Source: Strigamia acuminata (taxonomy: Eukaryota). From it: a stretch of DNA of 64,000 nucleotides. The translations under genes and the position numbers were made by a program. The stretch covers positions 1,116,001 to 1,180,000 of the forward strand of contig OX442314.1 of the NCBI GenBank assembly GCA_949358305.1, read 5' to 3'. Under the pieces are notes generated by a model, which saw only the letters and a program-made list of their open reading frames with translations, made no database searches and was not told the origin of the DNA. This document shows, piece by piece, positions 49,666 to 62,017 of this stretch (the stretch's first letter is position 1; every line of letters begins with the position of its first letter).

Positions 49666-51056
49666 ATGCAGACATTAGCAGACATGGCGATTGAAATTCT
49701 TTTTAGGTGTCTCATTCAATGGAACGTAGAAGATATTTTTGACGTTAAAATGAAAGAGACGATGGGATTAATCGCTTATTTCGATGCACTACGTAAGCGA
49801 CACACGGATGTGTTAAATTTATTTCGTAATTAAAATTGTCAATACACACGGTTCTGTTTAGCCCATACTGTTCGTGACAAAGTGTTGAACAGCTTCGATG
49901 ATGATCGGTTTTATCACAGTTATCGCGGGTTAGAGGCGTGGGACATTGCTCCATTTTTATACGAGCAGCAGAAAAGTCTTAAGTTGCGACTTACAAGTCG
50001 GAATTTTGATTTGGAATTTTTATTTAAAGTTTGTGGCTACAAATTAAAAGTAAGTATTAAGATTGTTATATCGCGATTCGTTCTAATGAGATTCGACTGT
50101 ACAATTTTACAACTCGTCATTGCCGTGTGCGACATCCTTACAAAGATTTGTTTACAATTCTTTTAATTGTATCTACCGAATAGAATCTGACGAGGTTAGA
50201 ATTACCTTACCTGAACAATTCTCCACTGACGGCCAACTTCGTCGAACAATTCCGCCACATCACGCCAAATCTACGCACGCTACATTTCTTCGGTAAAATT
50301 GAAGACGCCGCGATCGTGTACATCGTCCAGCTGCCGCTCGTCGAACTCGCTGTTTATGACTCGGCGAACTTGGAGTGGATAACTAAAGTGTGCGAAGTAG
50401 ACTCCGCTCTCAGGAAAACGTTGCGAGTGTTCCGGTTGATGATGGGCTACTTCCATTGGTACAATTTTGAATTGACCATTCCCAAAATACTGCGCAGTTT
50501 GTCGAGATTTAAGGAGTTGCGCTCCTTGCACCTCATGATTTTGGATTCGGTCTCGCACATAATGGAGAGAAACGAGCTGTTTTATCGCGATCGTTTGCGC
50601 GGTTTGCGTTTTGATAGTTTGCTGGAATTTTCCCTGTTCGATTACGACGGTCACTGGAATTCTTACGGTTTATTTTTCATGGTGTTGGATGTGTGTCCGA
50701 ATTTGGAGAAACTCGTTCTTGCTAATATCCACGGTTTTAGCGATAAAATTGCGGGTGAGTTGGCTCAAATGATGGCGAAGAGGAAACTCAAACATCTGGA
50801 AATTAGTGAGTGCAATTTTTTGGGGCCGGCCGCCATTGAGGAATTGATGAAAATCGAGTGTCTGGTTAAGTTGGAGGTGACATTACGAGTTGATGAGATC
50901 AGAAGAGAGCCTTTCGACGTTGTAAAGATGCAGCAAACGGCTGAAAGACACGGTGTCAATTTGCAGCTCGGGTTTCTTCCTTGGGACGTGGAGTACAATC
51001 GGTACAAGAAGCTCAACGAGTTTAAACTTCACGATTTTTTTTGTAGTGAAAAATAA
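49666..51056 (+). CDS. BC-box/Cul2-box LRR protein L4 (395 aa), putative CRL2 substrate receptor
   Basis: Exons 49666-49792, 49862-50049, 50184-51056 join in frame. QTLADMAIEIL (BC-box-like), spliced LPHTVRDKVL (phi-P-xx-phi-xxx-phi), CPNLEKLVL-type LRRs. Confidence 0.8.
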
Positions 51057-51592
51057 AAAGTAAATATCACATGTCGAACAAGTGTCGTATGTAGATCCGG
51101 AACAAACCTTTTTATGAATTTTCTGAGCAATCAAATAGAAATCAATATTTCTCATATTTATTTTCAACAAATGGAACTCTAAAGAAATTTTGCATTTATT
51201 CAACAGGTGGAGCCACTGTGGCATACCTGGTGGCAGTTGAATTAAACGTTCAAAAATGATGCTGCAAAATGGACGACGTTCAAATGAAAAACATTGTTTC
51301 GATAAACTAAGTAAGTGAAACCCGGATTTGTGGTGAGAATAAATCATTTCCTCACTCGACAGTAATAATTGTTGTTTTTGGTTGTTCTTGCTGTTTGTTG
51401 TTATTTTTCTATCTGTTGTAGCTGTTGCGTATCTACTTAGTTACAAATTTATAGTATTGTTGCTACTTAGCAACCAAAAGAATGTAGACATAAATAAAGA
51501 TATTGCTGAGCTGTACGAGCAGCGGCTCTTGTTATTTTCGGAATTTAAATCTGCCGAGTTTATAACCATTGAAGGAAATTTAGAAAATCAAA

Positions 51593-54410
51593 ATGGTGGT
51601 GAAATCATTATCAAACTTGGCTATTAAAATTCTTTTCCGGGCTATTGTTCAACGGCCGGTTGAAGAAATGGAGGACGATCGAATGAGAACCACGGTGGAA
51701 TTAATGAATTACTTCAATCAAGTCATTGCTGAATGGGATCGCGGAAATTTGATTGTAAATTTTTTTTTTTATTTGATAAATTTGTTGTTCCGGTTTTTCA
51801 GTACTGAATCTTGTCAAAGTCCAGCCGTGGATAAACTGGGTGAGTGTCACTCGGATTTGTGCATTGATTTCGCAATTATTAATGTGAAATTATTTGATTT
51901 AGCTCTTCGTAAAGAAATGCTAGAGAAGTTGAATGACGAGGAGTTTTGGGACTCAAGTGTTCGCGAGCCAGACGCGTGGGATGTTGCTCTATTTGTACAC
52001 GAAGAGCAGACAGAACTGCAGTTGTGGTATATGAGTCCAAATTTTGATTTGGAATTTTTGTTTCGAGTTTGTGGCTACAAGTTGAAAGTGAGTGGACAAA
52101 GTGAACTAAATCAGCATACAAAAATTTTATTTTCAAGCAGAAAATGCACTCTCAAGCAAAAAAAAATGCATTTTCAAGCAAAATAATACATTTTCAAGCA
52201 AAACAATGCATTTTCAAGCAAAATAATGCATTTTCAATAAAAAATACTGCATTTTTAACCAAAATAATGCATTTTCAAGCAAATTAATGCATTTTCAAGC
52301 GAAATAATGCATTTTTAAGCAAAATAAAGCATTTTCAAACAAAATAATGCATTTTTAAGCAAAATAATGCATTTTTAAGCAAAATAATGTATTCTCAAGC
52401 AGAAATGTGCATGTAGAAGTGCAAACGTTGCACTTCAAGCTGCAAAAATGGCATCTTGAGCAGGGGCGGATCTACATACGGGCTAATGGGGCTTGAGTCC
52501 CGGGCCCCCAAATTCTAGGGGGCCCCCAGGACGCAGGGCCATGTAGCAAAAAAAAAAAAAAAAGAAGGTCGCTAAAAAACAAAAAAGAAGGTTGCTATTA
52601 AAATTTGGCCGAGGATATTCTTACGTACGTACGTGAGAATAACGTTTGCCCGACGAGCCGCTATTCTTACGTACATACGTACGTACGTACGAAAGGGCAA
52701 AGATGAAACCCACCAGCATATTTGCCCCTCAAAAAAAAACAAAATGAATGCATGAAACAAACACAAAATGAATGCATGAAACAAATAAAAGGAACAGGAA
52801 CGCCAAACAAAATTCTTGCAGAACAATGCGCGACACGACACGTGTAGGTGGTATACGTAAGAATAATGATCCCCCCTGGCGGCCCGCAATGTACGTAGGA
52901 ATAGCCATACGTTATTCTTACGTACGTACGTACGAATATACAGTTTTTCAGGGGCCGAGAATGGGCTTCCCTGCAATTTACCGTTTGTACGTAAGAATAG
53001 CCATCCGCTATTCTTACGTACGTACGTAAGAATAGCCACGGCGTTAAAATTTTCGATAAAGGGGCCCCGAAAAAACCTCAAGCCCCGGGCCCCCGAAAAG
53101 CTAGATCCGCCCCTGATCTTGAGGTGTAAAAATAGCATCTTTCCGTGTGGAAGTAGCATCTTAATGTGCAGAACTTGCATTTTCTAAAAACTGCTTTATT
53201 GGATAAAATAATATTTTGTACATGAAAAATTTGCATGCACACTAATGTAAAATCCAAAAGACATGCACTTACAACATGCTTTTGTTATGTGCGGCATTCT
53301 TAAAAAAAATTGTTTTAATTCTACTAATTGCATTTATCCGCACAGAATCTAACGGTGTTAGAACTGCCCGAAAATTTTACGCTGACAGCCAATGCCTGCA
53401 AACAAATGTGTCAGTGTTTACCATATTTAGAGAAACTAGATTTGTCTCACATCTTTGTTGAAGACGACGCGGCGACATACATCACCCAGATGCCACTCGT
53501 CGAACTTCACGCTTGGGAAAGCACCGAAGATTTTGTGCGCAAACTGTGCGCAGAACGCTCCACACTGAGCAAAACGTTGGAAGTGTTCATGTTGAGCCGT
53601 GAACTTTCAATGGACTGCTACTGCTTGATATTAAACACGATGAAATACATCGAACACTTGGACACTAACGATTCCAGGTGGCTCAAAGCGCTGCTGCCGA
53701 TCGGCGCGCCACCGCAGCGATACAATCTGACAAGATTGGTGTTTCAGGGCGACGCCATTCAGGAAGAGCTGGAAATTGCCGTGCTCACTTGTCCGAAAGT
53801 TTACGATATTGAAATTGCTCCGAATATTTTCACCTTAAAAATGCTGCACACACTGACGAAATTCAAGCAGTTGCGCAGGTTGTACTTCAACATGTTTAAC
53901 GACTCGGACGTGATAATGGCGGAGGAAAATGACTCGTTCGATCGAGTTTGTGTGCCCGATTTGCGGTTTAAGAATTTGGTGCAATTTACCCTGTCCGATC
54001 CCGACGATCGTTGGATTACATCTGGTTTTTGGATCGAGTTGTTGGGCTTGTTTCCCGAATTGGAGGAATTCTCTTTTTTGACTTGCCCCGGATTCAGTAA
54101 CAAAACTGCGCAAGAGTTGGCCGCCGTGATGGCGAAGAAAGTCAAACGTTTGGAATTTCGAGAATGCGATTTGCTGGGGCCGCCGGGGGTTGAAGAGCTG
54201 TTAAAAATCGATTCTCTGGTGGAGTTGAGTGTGAGTTTGCACATTAATGACACAAGAAAACAACATTTTGATGTTGGTGCGTTGCAGCTAATGGCTGAAG
54301 AACACGGCGTTAACTTAAAGTTATATTTACGAGACCCGTTCGATGTGATAGTTGCAAATATGATGGCTGAACATGATGGTGGCAATGATGCCGACAATGA
54401 TGGCGACTAA
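51593..54410 (+). CDS. BC-box LRR protein L5 (5' splicing uncertain; terminal exon 53346-54410)
   Basis: KSLSNLAIKIL, shared EPDAWDVALF..FDLEFLFRVCGYKLK exon, open LRR exon. Confidence 0.7.
52125..52405. repeat. About 20-bp AT-rich intronic tandem repeat (AAAATAATGCATTTTCAAGC)
   Basis: Roughly 14 units; shorter arrays at about 56445-56520 and, inverted, about 60280-60410. Confidence 0.85.
52461..53115. mobile_element. hAT-type MITE, 8-bp TSD ATCTTGAG
   Basis: TIRs CAGGGGCGGATCTA / TAGATCCGCCCCTG; TSD at 52453-52460 and 53116-53123. Confidence 0.9.
52607..53043. mobile_element. Mutator-like MITE nested in the hAT MITE, 9-bp TSD TTAAAATTT
   Basis: About 35-bp TIRs with TACG palindromic repeats; TSD at 52598-52606 and 53044-53052. 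Confidence 0.8.
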
Positions 54411-54928
54411 CGAGTTGTCAGAGGCTGCGTGTCTACATTAATTCGATTTGTTTGTATTCAAAAATTAAATGTCAATATGCCATGTCGAACAAGTGTCGTA
54501 TGTTGATCTGGAACGAACGTTTTTGTATGGATTTTGTCTGAAATTAAATAGTTTTGATGCAGAAATCAACATTTATCATTTATTTTCAACAAATGGAACT
54601 ATAAAGATAATTTTGCATTTATTCAACAGATGGAGCCACTGTGGCAAACCTGGTGGCAGTTTAATGAGTTTCAGCATTTTCTGCATCAGAAATTAAACAT
54701 TCCATAATGGTGCTGCAAAATAAAAATGTTTGTTGGATATAATAGACCCTTTGTTCACCCGTTGTTGCAGTAACTATTTTTGAAAATTACAACAGAAGCA
54801 GAAATTTAGAAAATAAAAATTTCTAAGCATCAAGTTCAGAAACTACAAAAAGAGACGAAACCAAGCAAAAAAATTTTAAATATTAAATTTGTCTGGAATT
54901 TATTGAGCAAGAATCTAACGTGCAGACA

Positions 54929-55476
54929 TGCGAGTGGCGGTCGGTCGCCTTACGGCCAGGGGAGGCCCACGGGGTGTTTGGACATCATTCACAATGTAAA
55001 TACAAACACAAAAAACACGCAGTTTAGGATTGATATATCTTTAATGGCGTAGTTGTCTCGGGGTTACTGCGTTCACCCTTTAGCAACCCAACCCATGTGG
55101 CCGTGGGCCTTTTGGGCAGCGAGGTCGGTTAACATTGGCACGTCATGCCTTGCGGCTTGACCCAACAGGTCGCTTCCAGTCCCTTCGGTCTTGAGGGCGA
55201 CTCCGCCAGTTATTGACATTGTCGTTGCTATTGCCGTTGCCATTTCCGTTGCGATCGTTGTATCGCACATCCTCTGTAAAACGCAACTAGTCACTCTCGT
55301 GTGTGGAGTTGTACTGTGTCGGTTGTGGTCGTTTGACCACAGTCCGACAGCTTGCAGAATCTTCTGTCCTGTTTAGCTGTAATTTAGGACGCAGCTCCGG
55401 CAATCCGCCATTGCAGTTGCTGAGGATCATCCTCGTAATGTCGCCAGCGCCGACTGGTGGCAGCCAGTTGGTCACA
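54929..55476 (-). mobile_element. Solo LTR (548 bp) inserted in a dead LRR exon 1
   Basis: TG...CA ends with a GACA duplication. Removing it restores QTLTDVAIQIFIRCLI, paralogous to L4 exon 1. Confidence 0.75.
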
Positions 55477-55984
55477 GACATTAACAGATGTGGCTATTCA
55501 AATTTTTATTAGGTGTTTGATTTAATGCAATGTTGAAGAAATGGACGACGTTCAAATGAAATACAAAGTGAAATTAATCGCTTCTTTCGATAAACTTCGT
55601 AAGTGAAACATTCCTCACTCAACAGTGATGACAGCGATGACAGCAGCAATGATAGCGATATTAGGAGTTGTCATATTTAGGCTGTGTCTGCATTAAATCG
55701 ATTTTATTTGTATGTCATCAACCACTGTTGTAATAATTGTTGTTTTTGGTTGTTCTTGCTGTTTGTTGTTATTTTTCTACTTAATTTCGTTTATTGTTGT
55801 TTCGTTTATATGTTATGTTGTAGCTGTTGTGTATCTACGTTACAAATTTATAGTATTGTTGCTACTCAGCAACCAAAACAATGTAGACATAAATGAACAC
55901 ATCGCTGAGCTGTTCGAGCAGCGGCTCTTGTTATTTTCGGAATTTAAATCTGCCGAGTTGATGAAGGAAATTTAGAAAATCAAA

Positions 55985-57849
55985 ATGGAGCCGCAGTCTT
56001 TGTCACGCATGGCTCAAAACAGTCTTTTTCGGTGTATTATTCAACGGCCGGTTGAAGAAATGGAGGACGATCGAATGAGAACCACATTGGAATTAATGGA
56101 TTACTTCGATCAAATCATTGCTGAGTGGGATAGCAGGAATTTCATTGTAATTTTTTTTTTCATTTTATAATTTTTTTTCCAGGTACAGTAATTTATGTGA
56201 AAGACCAGCCGAGAAGAAACTGCGTAAATTAATTCTGATGAGGTTGTATTACAAGGTGTTTTGGGACGAAAGTGTTCGCGAGCCAGACGCGTGGGATGTT
56301 GCCCTATTTGTACACGAAGAACAAGACGAACTACTGTTGGGGTCTATGACTCCAGATTTTGATTTGGAATTTTTGTTCCGAGTTTGTGGCCACAAGTTGA
56401 AAGTGAGTAGAGAAATACAACTAAATCAACATAAAAAAATTCATTTTTAAGCAAAATAATGCATCCTCAAGCAAAAAAAAATGCATTTTCAAGCAAAAAA
56501 ATGCATTTTCAGGCAGGAATATGCATCTTGTGGTGGAAAAATTGCATTTTGATATGTAAACATTGCATCTTGAGGTGCAAAAATTAACATCTTGATGTGC
56601 AGATGCAGAACTTGCATTTTCCAAAAAATGCTTTATTGGATAAATATAAATCATTTTGTACGTGAGAAATTTGCACACTAATGTAGAATCCAAAAAACAC
56701 GCATATTTGTGTGTGCGACATTCTTAAAAAAAATTGTTTTAATTCTACTGATTGTATCTATCCTCACAGAATCTGACAACGTTAGAAGTCCCAAAGCAAA
56801 GTAAACTGACAGCTAAAGCCTGCAAAGGAATGTGGCAGACTTTGCCAAAGCTGTCGAGGCTCCTTATCAATGACATTGAGGCCGAAGACGACGCGGCCAA
56901 GTACATCGCTCGGCTCCCACTCGTTGAGCTTGATGCCGACGGAACCAGCGAAGATTTTGTGCGAAACTTATGCAGAGAAGACGGCACAATCAGGCAAACG
57001 TTGCGAAAGGTCAAGTTAGACTATTCATTTTCAATTCCATGCTACTGTTTGATATTGAACACGATGAAATTCATCGAATTCGTGGACACCTTCGATGCCA
57101 AGTGGCTCAAAGGGCTATGGCCGATCGGCGCGCCACCGCAGCAATACAATCTGAGAAGATTGGAGTTCTGGGGCACCGGCGTTGAGGAAGAGGTGCAAAT
57201 TGCCGTACACACTTGTCCGAAAATTTACAAAATTGTCATCACTCCGTTTACTTTCACAATAAAAACGCTGCTTGCACTGACGAAATTCAAACAGTTGGGC
57301 ACGTTGCACTTGGACCTGCGTGACGACTCGGACGTGAAAATGGAGGAAGGATACGATGAGTTTGATCGAGTGAGTTTGCGCGATTCGCGTTTTATTAATT
57401 TGGTGCAACTTTTGCTGTACAATGACAAGGATCGTTGGACTACCTCTGGGTATTTGTTCGAGTTGTTGGGCATGTGTCCCAAACTGGCAAAACTCTCTTT
57501 TTTGGCTTGTCCCAGCTTCAGTAACAAAACTGCGCGCGAGTTAGCCGCCATGATGGCGCAGAAACTCGAAGTTTTGGAAATTCGAGAATGCGATTTGTTG
57601 GGACCGTCGGGGATTAAAGATCTGTTAAAAATAGATTCTTTGGTGGAGTTGAAAGTGAATTTGCGAGTAGATGAGATACGAAGACAACATTTCGACGTTG
57701 GGGCGTTGCGGCTAATGGCTGTAAAACACGGCGTGGACTTACAGCTACAATTAGAACATCCGCCGAATTATCTGATGGAAATGGAAGAAGAATTTCTCGA
57801 CCCGCACGACGATATGCTTGAAGATGATTCCGGCAATGAAAGCGACTAA
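55985..57849 (+). CDS. BC-box LRR protein L6 (5' splicing uncertain; terminal exon 56770-57849)
   Basis: PQSLSRMAQNSL, shared EPDAWDVALF exon, open LRR exon with acidic tail. Confidence 0.68.
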
Positions 57850-57879
57850 CGAGTTGTCAGAGGCTGCATGTCTGCATTA

Positions 57880-58170
57880 TTTGAAAGTTTGTAAGACCGA
57901 TTTTCATTAATTTTGACCAAATTATACTGAATAATTACGATTTCCTGGGTTTTCTGAATGAGCGAATAAAGCATGTCTTTTTGAAATGAGAACAAGATTT
58001 ATTGTAATTTCGCAAATACAAATTCAAGGGAACAAATAAGACAATTCATGACACTTTTACAGCACTTCCGGTCACGCGTCATCCAATATCGCACAATAAC
58101 TCCTACTGAATGTTGGCTTCTCTCGAACTCGTACGACCTCGCTACGTATACTAAAACGCCAGTTTTTACA
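57880..58170 (-). mobile_element. 291-bp insertion with 5-bp TSD CATTA, probable solo LTR
   Basis: Absent from the paralogous 3' UTR near 54430. The minus strand begins TGTAAAAAC; the other end lacks CA. Confidence 0.5.
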
Positions 58171-58309
58171 CATTAATTCGATTTGTTTGTATTCAAAAAT
58201 AAAAAGTCAATATGCCATGTCGAACACTAAGTGTCATATGTAGATCCGGAACAAAACTTATTTACGAATTTTGTCCGAAATTAAGCAGAAATCAATATTT
58301 ATCATATTT

Positions 58310-58890
58310 ATGAAAATAGCAAAGGAAAATGATGCGTTTGATCGAGTTTGTTTGCGCGATTTGCGGTTTTATAAATTGGTGATTTTTGACCTTTCGATAA
58401 AAACGATCGTTGTTCAAGTTTTTGACCATTTGTCCCAATCTGGAGTATCTCGATCTTTGTCATTGCTCCGGCTTCAGTAACAAAATGGCGCACGAGTTGG
58501 CCGACTTGATGGCCCAGCGGGATTACTGGTATTTCCTGGTGAATTATTTACTCCGTTTGTTGCGCTTTCGATACAGAATTCCCAGTCCAGGCCTGAAAAA
58601 CAAACTCCACTGGTTGAATACCGGTATAGTTAAATGCGGCTTGTTGGGGCCGTCGGGGATCGATGGTCTGTTACAATTCGATTCTCTGAAGGGGTTAGAA
58701 GTGTATGGAAATGATGAAATCAGAAGAGAACATTTTCACGTTGCTAAAATGCAGCTAATGGCTGAAAAACTCGGTGTGAACTTGCACCTAAGATTCGAAA
58801 AGCCGCTCGATGGTTTACTTGTAGATAATGGTGGCGATGATATACAAATACTTGTCGGTAATGATGGCGACTACCGAGTTGTCAGTGGCT
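58310..58890 (+). pseudogene. LRR 3' fragment L7
   Basis: ENDAFDRVCLRDLRF and CPNLEYLDL..FSNKMAHELADL, with a frameshift and no 5' part. Confidence 0.75.
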
Positions 58891-59362
58891 GCGTGTCTGT
58901 AATTAATTCGATTTTCTTGTATTCAAAAATAAAAAGTGAATATGCCTTGTCGAATAAGTTTCATATGCAGTTCTGGAACAACCTTTTTTGTGAATTTTCG
59001 ATTACATTTTCGATTTTTGGATTATATTTTCCATTTTTTGATTACATAAAACTAGCAAAACCGCGCAATGTGTTTTGCAATATAATTGCTACAACTGCGC
59101 CAAGTAGCGACAAATTATGACATCAGTGCCTGATATGATTCGGTTAATAATAATCATTAATCCTAATAAACATGTAAATAATCGCATATTTTTATTGTGA
59201 CTTGTGTGAAAACTGAAATAATATTATACAATGTATTGACAACTAACAATATATGCAAAAATGTAAAAAGACAATATTGATAGAACACGAGCAATTCAAA
59301 AAGAACATTACGAATAGACATGATGAACATTTGGTGAAAAGCGAAATTATTATCGTACGATT

Positions 59363-60028
59363 ACGATCCTTGTCATTGGAAAGGGAAAGTTGCACCAATT
59401 TATCAAACCGCGAATCGCGCAAACTCACTCGATCAAATTCATCGTATCCCTCCGCTGTTTTCACTTCCGAGTCGTCACCCAGGTCCAAGTACAACGTGCT
59501 CAACTGCTTGAATTTCGTCAGTGCAAGCAGCATTTTTATTGTGAAAGTAAACGGAGTGATGACAATTTTGTAAACTTTCGGACAAGTGTGTACGGCAATT
59601 TGCACCTCTTCCTCAACGGCGCTGCCCACAAACTCCAATCTTGTCAGATTGTATTGCTGCGGTGGCGCGCCGATCGGCCATAGCCCATTGAGCCACTTGG
59701 AATCGAAAGTGTCCAAGAATTCGATGAATTTCATCGTGTTCAATATCAAACAGTAGCATGGAATTGAAAATGTAAAGTCTAACTTGACCTTTCGCAACGT
59801 TTGCCTGATTGTGCCGTCTTCTCTGCATAAGTTTCGCACAAAATCTTCGTTGGTTCCGTCGGCATCAAGCTCAACGAGTGGGAGCCGAGCGATGTACTTT
59901 GCCGCGTCGTCTTCGGCCTCAGTGTTATTGATAAGGAGCCTCGACAGCTTTGGCAATGTCTGCCACATTCCTTTGCAGGCTTTAGCTGTCAGTGTACTTT
60001 GCTCTGGGACTTCTAACCTTGTCAGATT
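59363..60028 (-). pseudogene. Truncated inverted duplicate of the L6 terminal exon (L8)
   Basis: Highly similar to 56770-57435 including the upstream intron; homology ends at NDKDR (59363); no 5' exons. Confidence 0.85.
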
Positions 60029-60509
60029 CTGTGAGGATAGATACAATCAGTAGAATTAAAACAATTTTTTTTAAGAATGTCGCACACAAATATGCGTGTT
60101 TTTTGGATTCTACATTAGTGTGCAAATTTCTCACGTACAAAATGATTTTTATTTATCCAATAAAGCATTTTTTAGAAAATGCAAGTTCTGCATCTGCACA
60201 TCAAGATGTTAATTTTTCACCTCAAGATGCAATGTTTACATATCAAAATGCAATTTTTCCACCACCAGATGCATATTCCTGCCTGGAAATGCATTTTTTT
60301 TTGCTGGAAAATGCATTTTTTTTTGCTGGAAAATGCATTTTTTTGCTGGAAAATGCATTTTTTTTGCTGGAGAATGCATTATTTTGCTGGCAAATACATT
60401 ATTATGCTAAAGAAATAAAAAATTAAATTAAATTAAATTAAATAAATTATTTATTGCCGCACTTCACAAGTATCAAAGCAAATTAAAATGCATTCAATTT
60501 GTATCTAGA

Positions 60510-60931
60510 GAGTAACTTTGATCGTATAAACACGCTTCAAAAACTCCATCCGGATTTCGTAGTAGATCCGAATCCGATTTACGACTTGCTTGCATCGTAG
60601 AGTAAAAATGCCAACAGAAGAAACACCGTAATTGATCGGCTGATCGCCAAACGGCTGAAGGAACCCAAAGAAGCGCCGTTGTACATCCTGGAGGAAACAG
60701 ACAAGTTCGAAGAATTGCTGAACGATGTGGAGGTGGTGAGCAAGTTCGTTCCGAACAAGAGCCGGGAGATGATCTTCACGAGAATCCGAACCGGGTGCGC
60801 ATCGTCATCAACGAGTTGGAGCCGTTTGCTGTGGCGAATAAAGCCCCGAATGCCGGGAATAATGGGCCGGAAGCAATCGCGTCCACTTCGAGCGAAAAGA
60901 ATAACCATGTGTCGGCGACGATGGAAAAAGT
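60510..60931 (+). pseudogene. RBR exon-2 fragment I, cut by element 3
   Basis: Duplicate of about 43100-43530; ends at ATGGAAAAAGT where the LTR begins. Confidence 0.8.
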
Positions 60932-61945
60932 TGTTGTGACCCGACTGGACCGGGGTCAACGAAGAGTTTCTCTCGTGACCTCGTTTCGGGTGTAAGGGGA
61001 GCCGCAAGCGCGTCTCCCTTCCCTCAGTGCATTGACATCTAGTCAATGGACAGGCGTCTGCCCTGAGGGAGTGGGGATGGCTCGTCCACCCCACCATTGG
61101 GTGATTCCGGTCACCTGTCAACCCCGCTTTGTGCAAAGGAATGTGCCTTGCACTGAGCGGGCAAAACCAACACAACCATCAAACGAGAAACACACGTAAA
61201 CCCGTCGTCCTACAAGATCAGGCCCAAGTAAATATACTGGGATTGACCAAGGACAAAGGACAATTTACCGTGAGTACGTTTGGTCAGTGTCAAACTCCGC
61301 AGAGTAACCTGCGAGATCAGATTACCACACTATTTTAGCACTCCAGCTAGAAATAGTAAAAACCACTCCAGTTTAGCGAGTTGTGCAGACAAACGGTCGC
61401 ACAAGCCTAAACTGCAGTAAACCAACGACGAGTGTTCCCGCCGCTGTGTGACCGCCAGGAGCCAGAAGAGTCCGCCGCTGTGTGATCGCCGGACACCACA
61501 CAAAAACCTAGACAACAGACTGAAGTAAGCCTTTTAACTAAGCATTCACTCGCGCCTGACCAGCGTGAGCCCGAAGGACCAGCCAGAGACGAGTCGAGGA
61601 CGCCATATTGCCACGCCGGCCCAAGACGACACCACGTTGCCACAACGAGGACGCCATCTTGGACGCAAACGAGACAAAGGACGACCTCGCCGATTCCAGC
61701 CAGCTTTCATCTTACCTTTACCTTTCCATTCCCATCCCCCATTCCGATTTACCTTTTTCTTACCTTTCATATATATATATAAGATATATCTGTACATTGT
61801 CCCACAGAATAAATCTATATTATATTTTACCTTTTATATCTGTGTAATCATTTCTTTGGGTAAACCGCTCGAACAAAGCGGTAGTGAGTTAGTCGAATTA
61901 AGTAATCAACCCACGAGTCAGCAAGAGCGAAGTAGGGGCGCGACA
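60932..61945 (+). repeat. 5' LTR of element 3 (1014 bp)
   Basis: TGTTGTGACCC...GGGCGCGACA ends, AATAAA near 61808, followed by a PBS. Confidence 0.8.
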
Positions 61946-61947
61946 CG

Positions 61948-61965
61948 TGGGGGCCTGTCCGGGAT
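61948..61965 (+). promoter_or_regulatory. Primer-binding site, tRNA-Pro
   Basis: TGGGGGCCTGTCCGGGAT, 16/18 match to the canonical TGGGGGCTCGTCCGGGAT. Confidence 0.85.
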
Positions 61966-62017
61966 CAAGTTGAATAACTGATTCTAACCTGTGATTACAT
62001 CATACCCAAAGCAAGAA

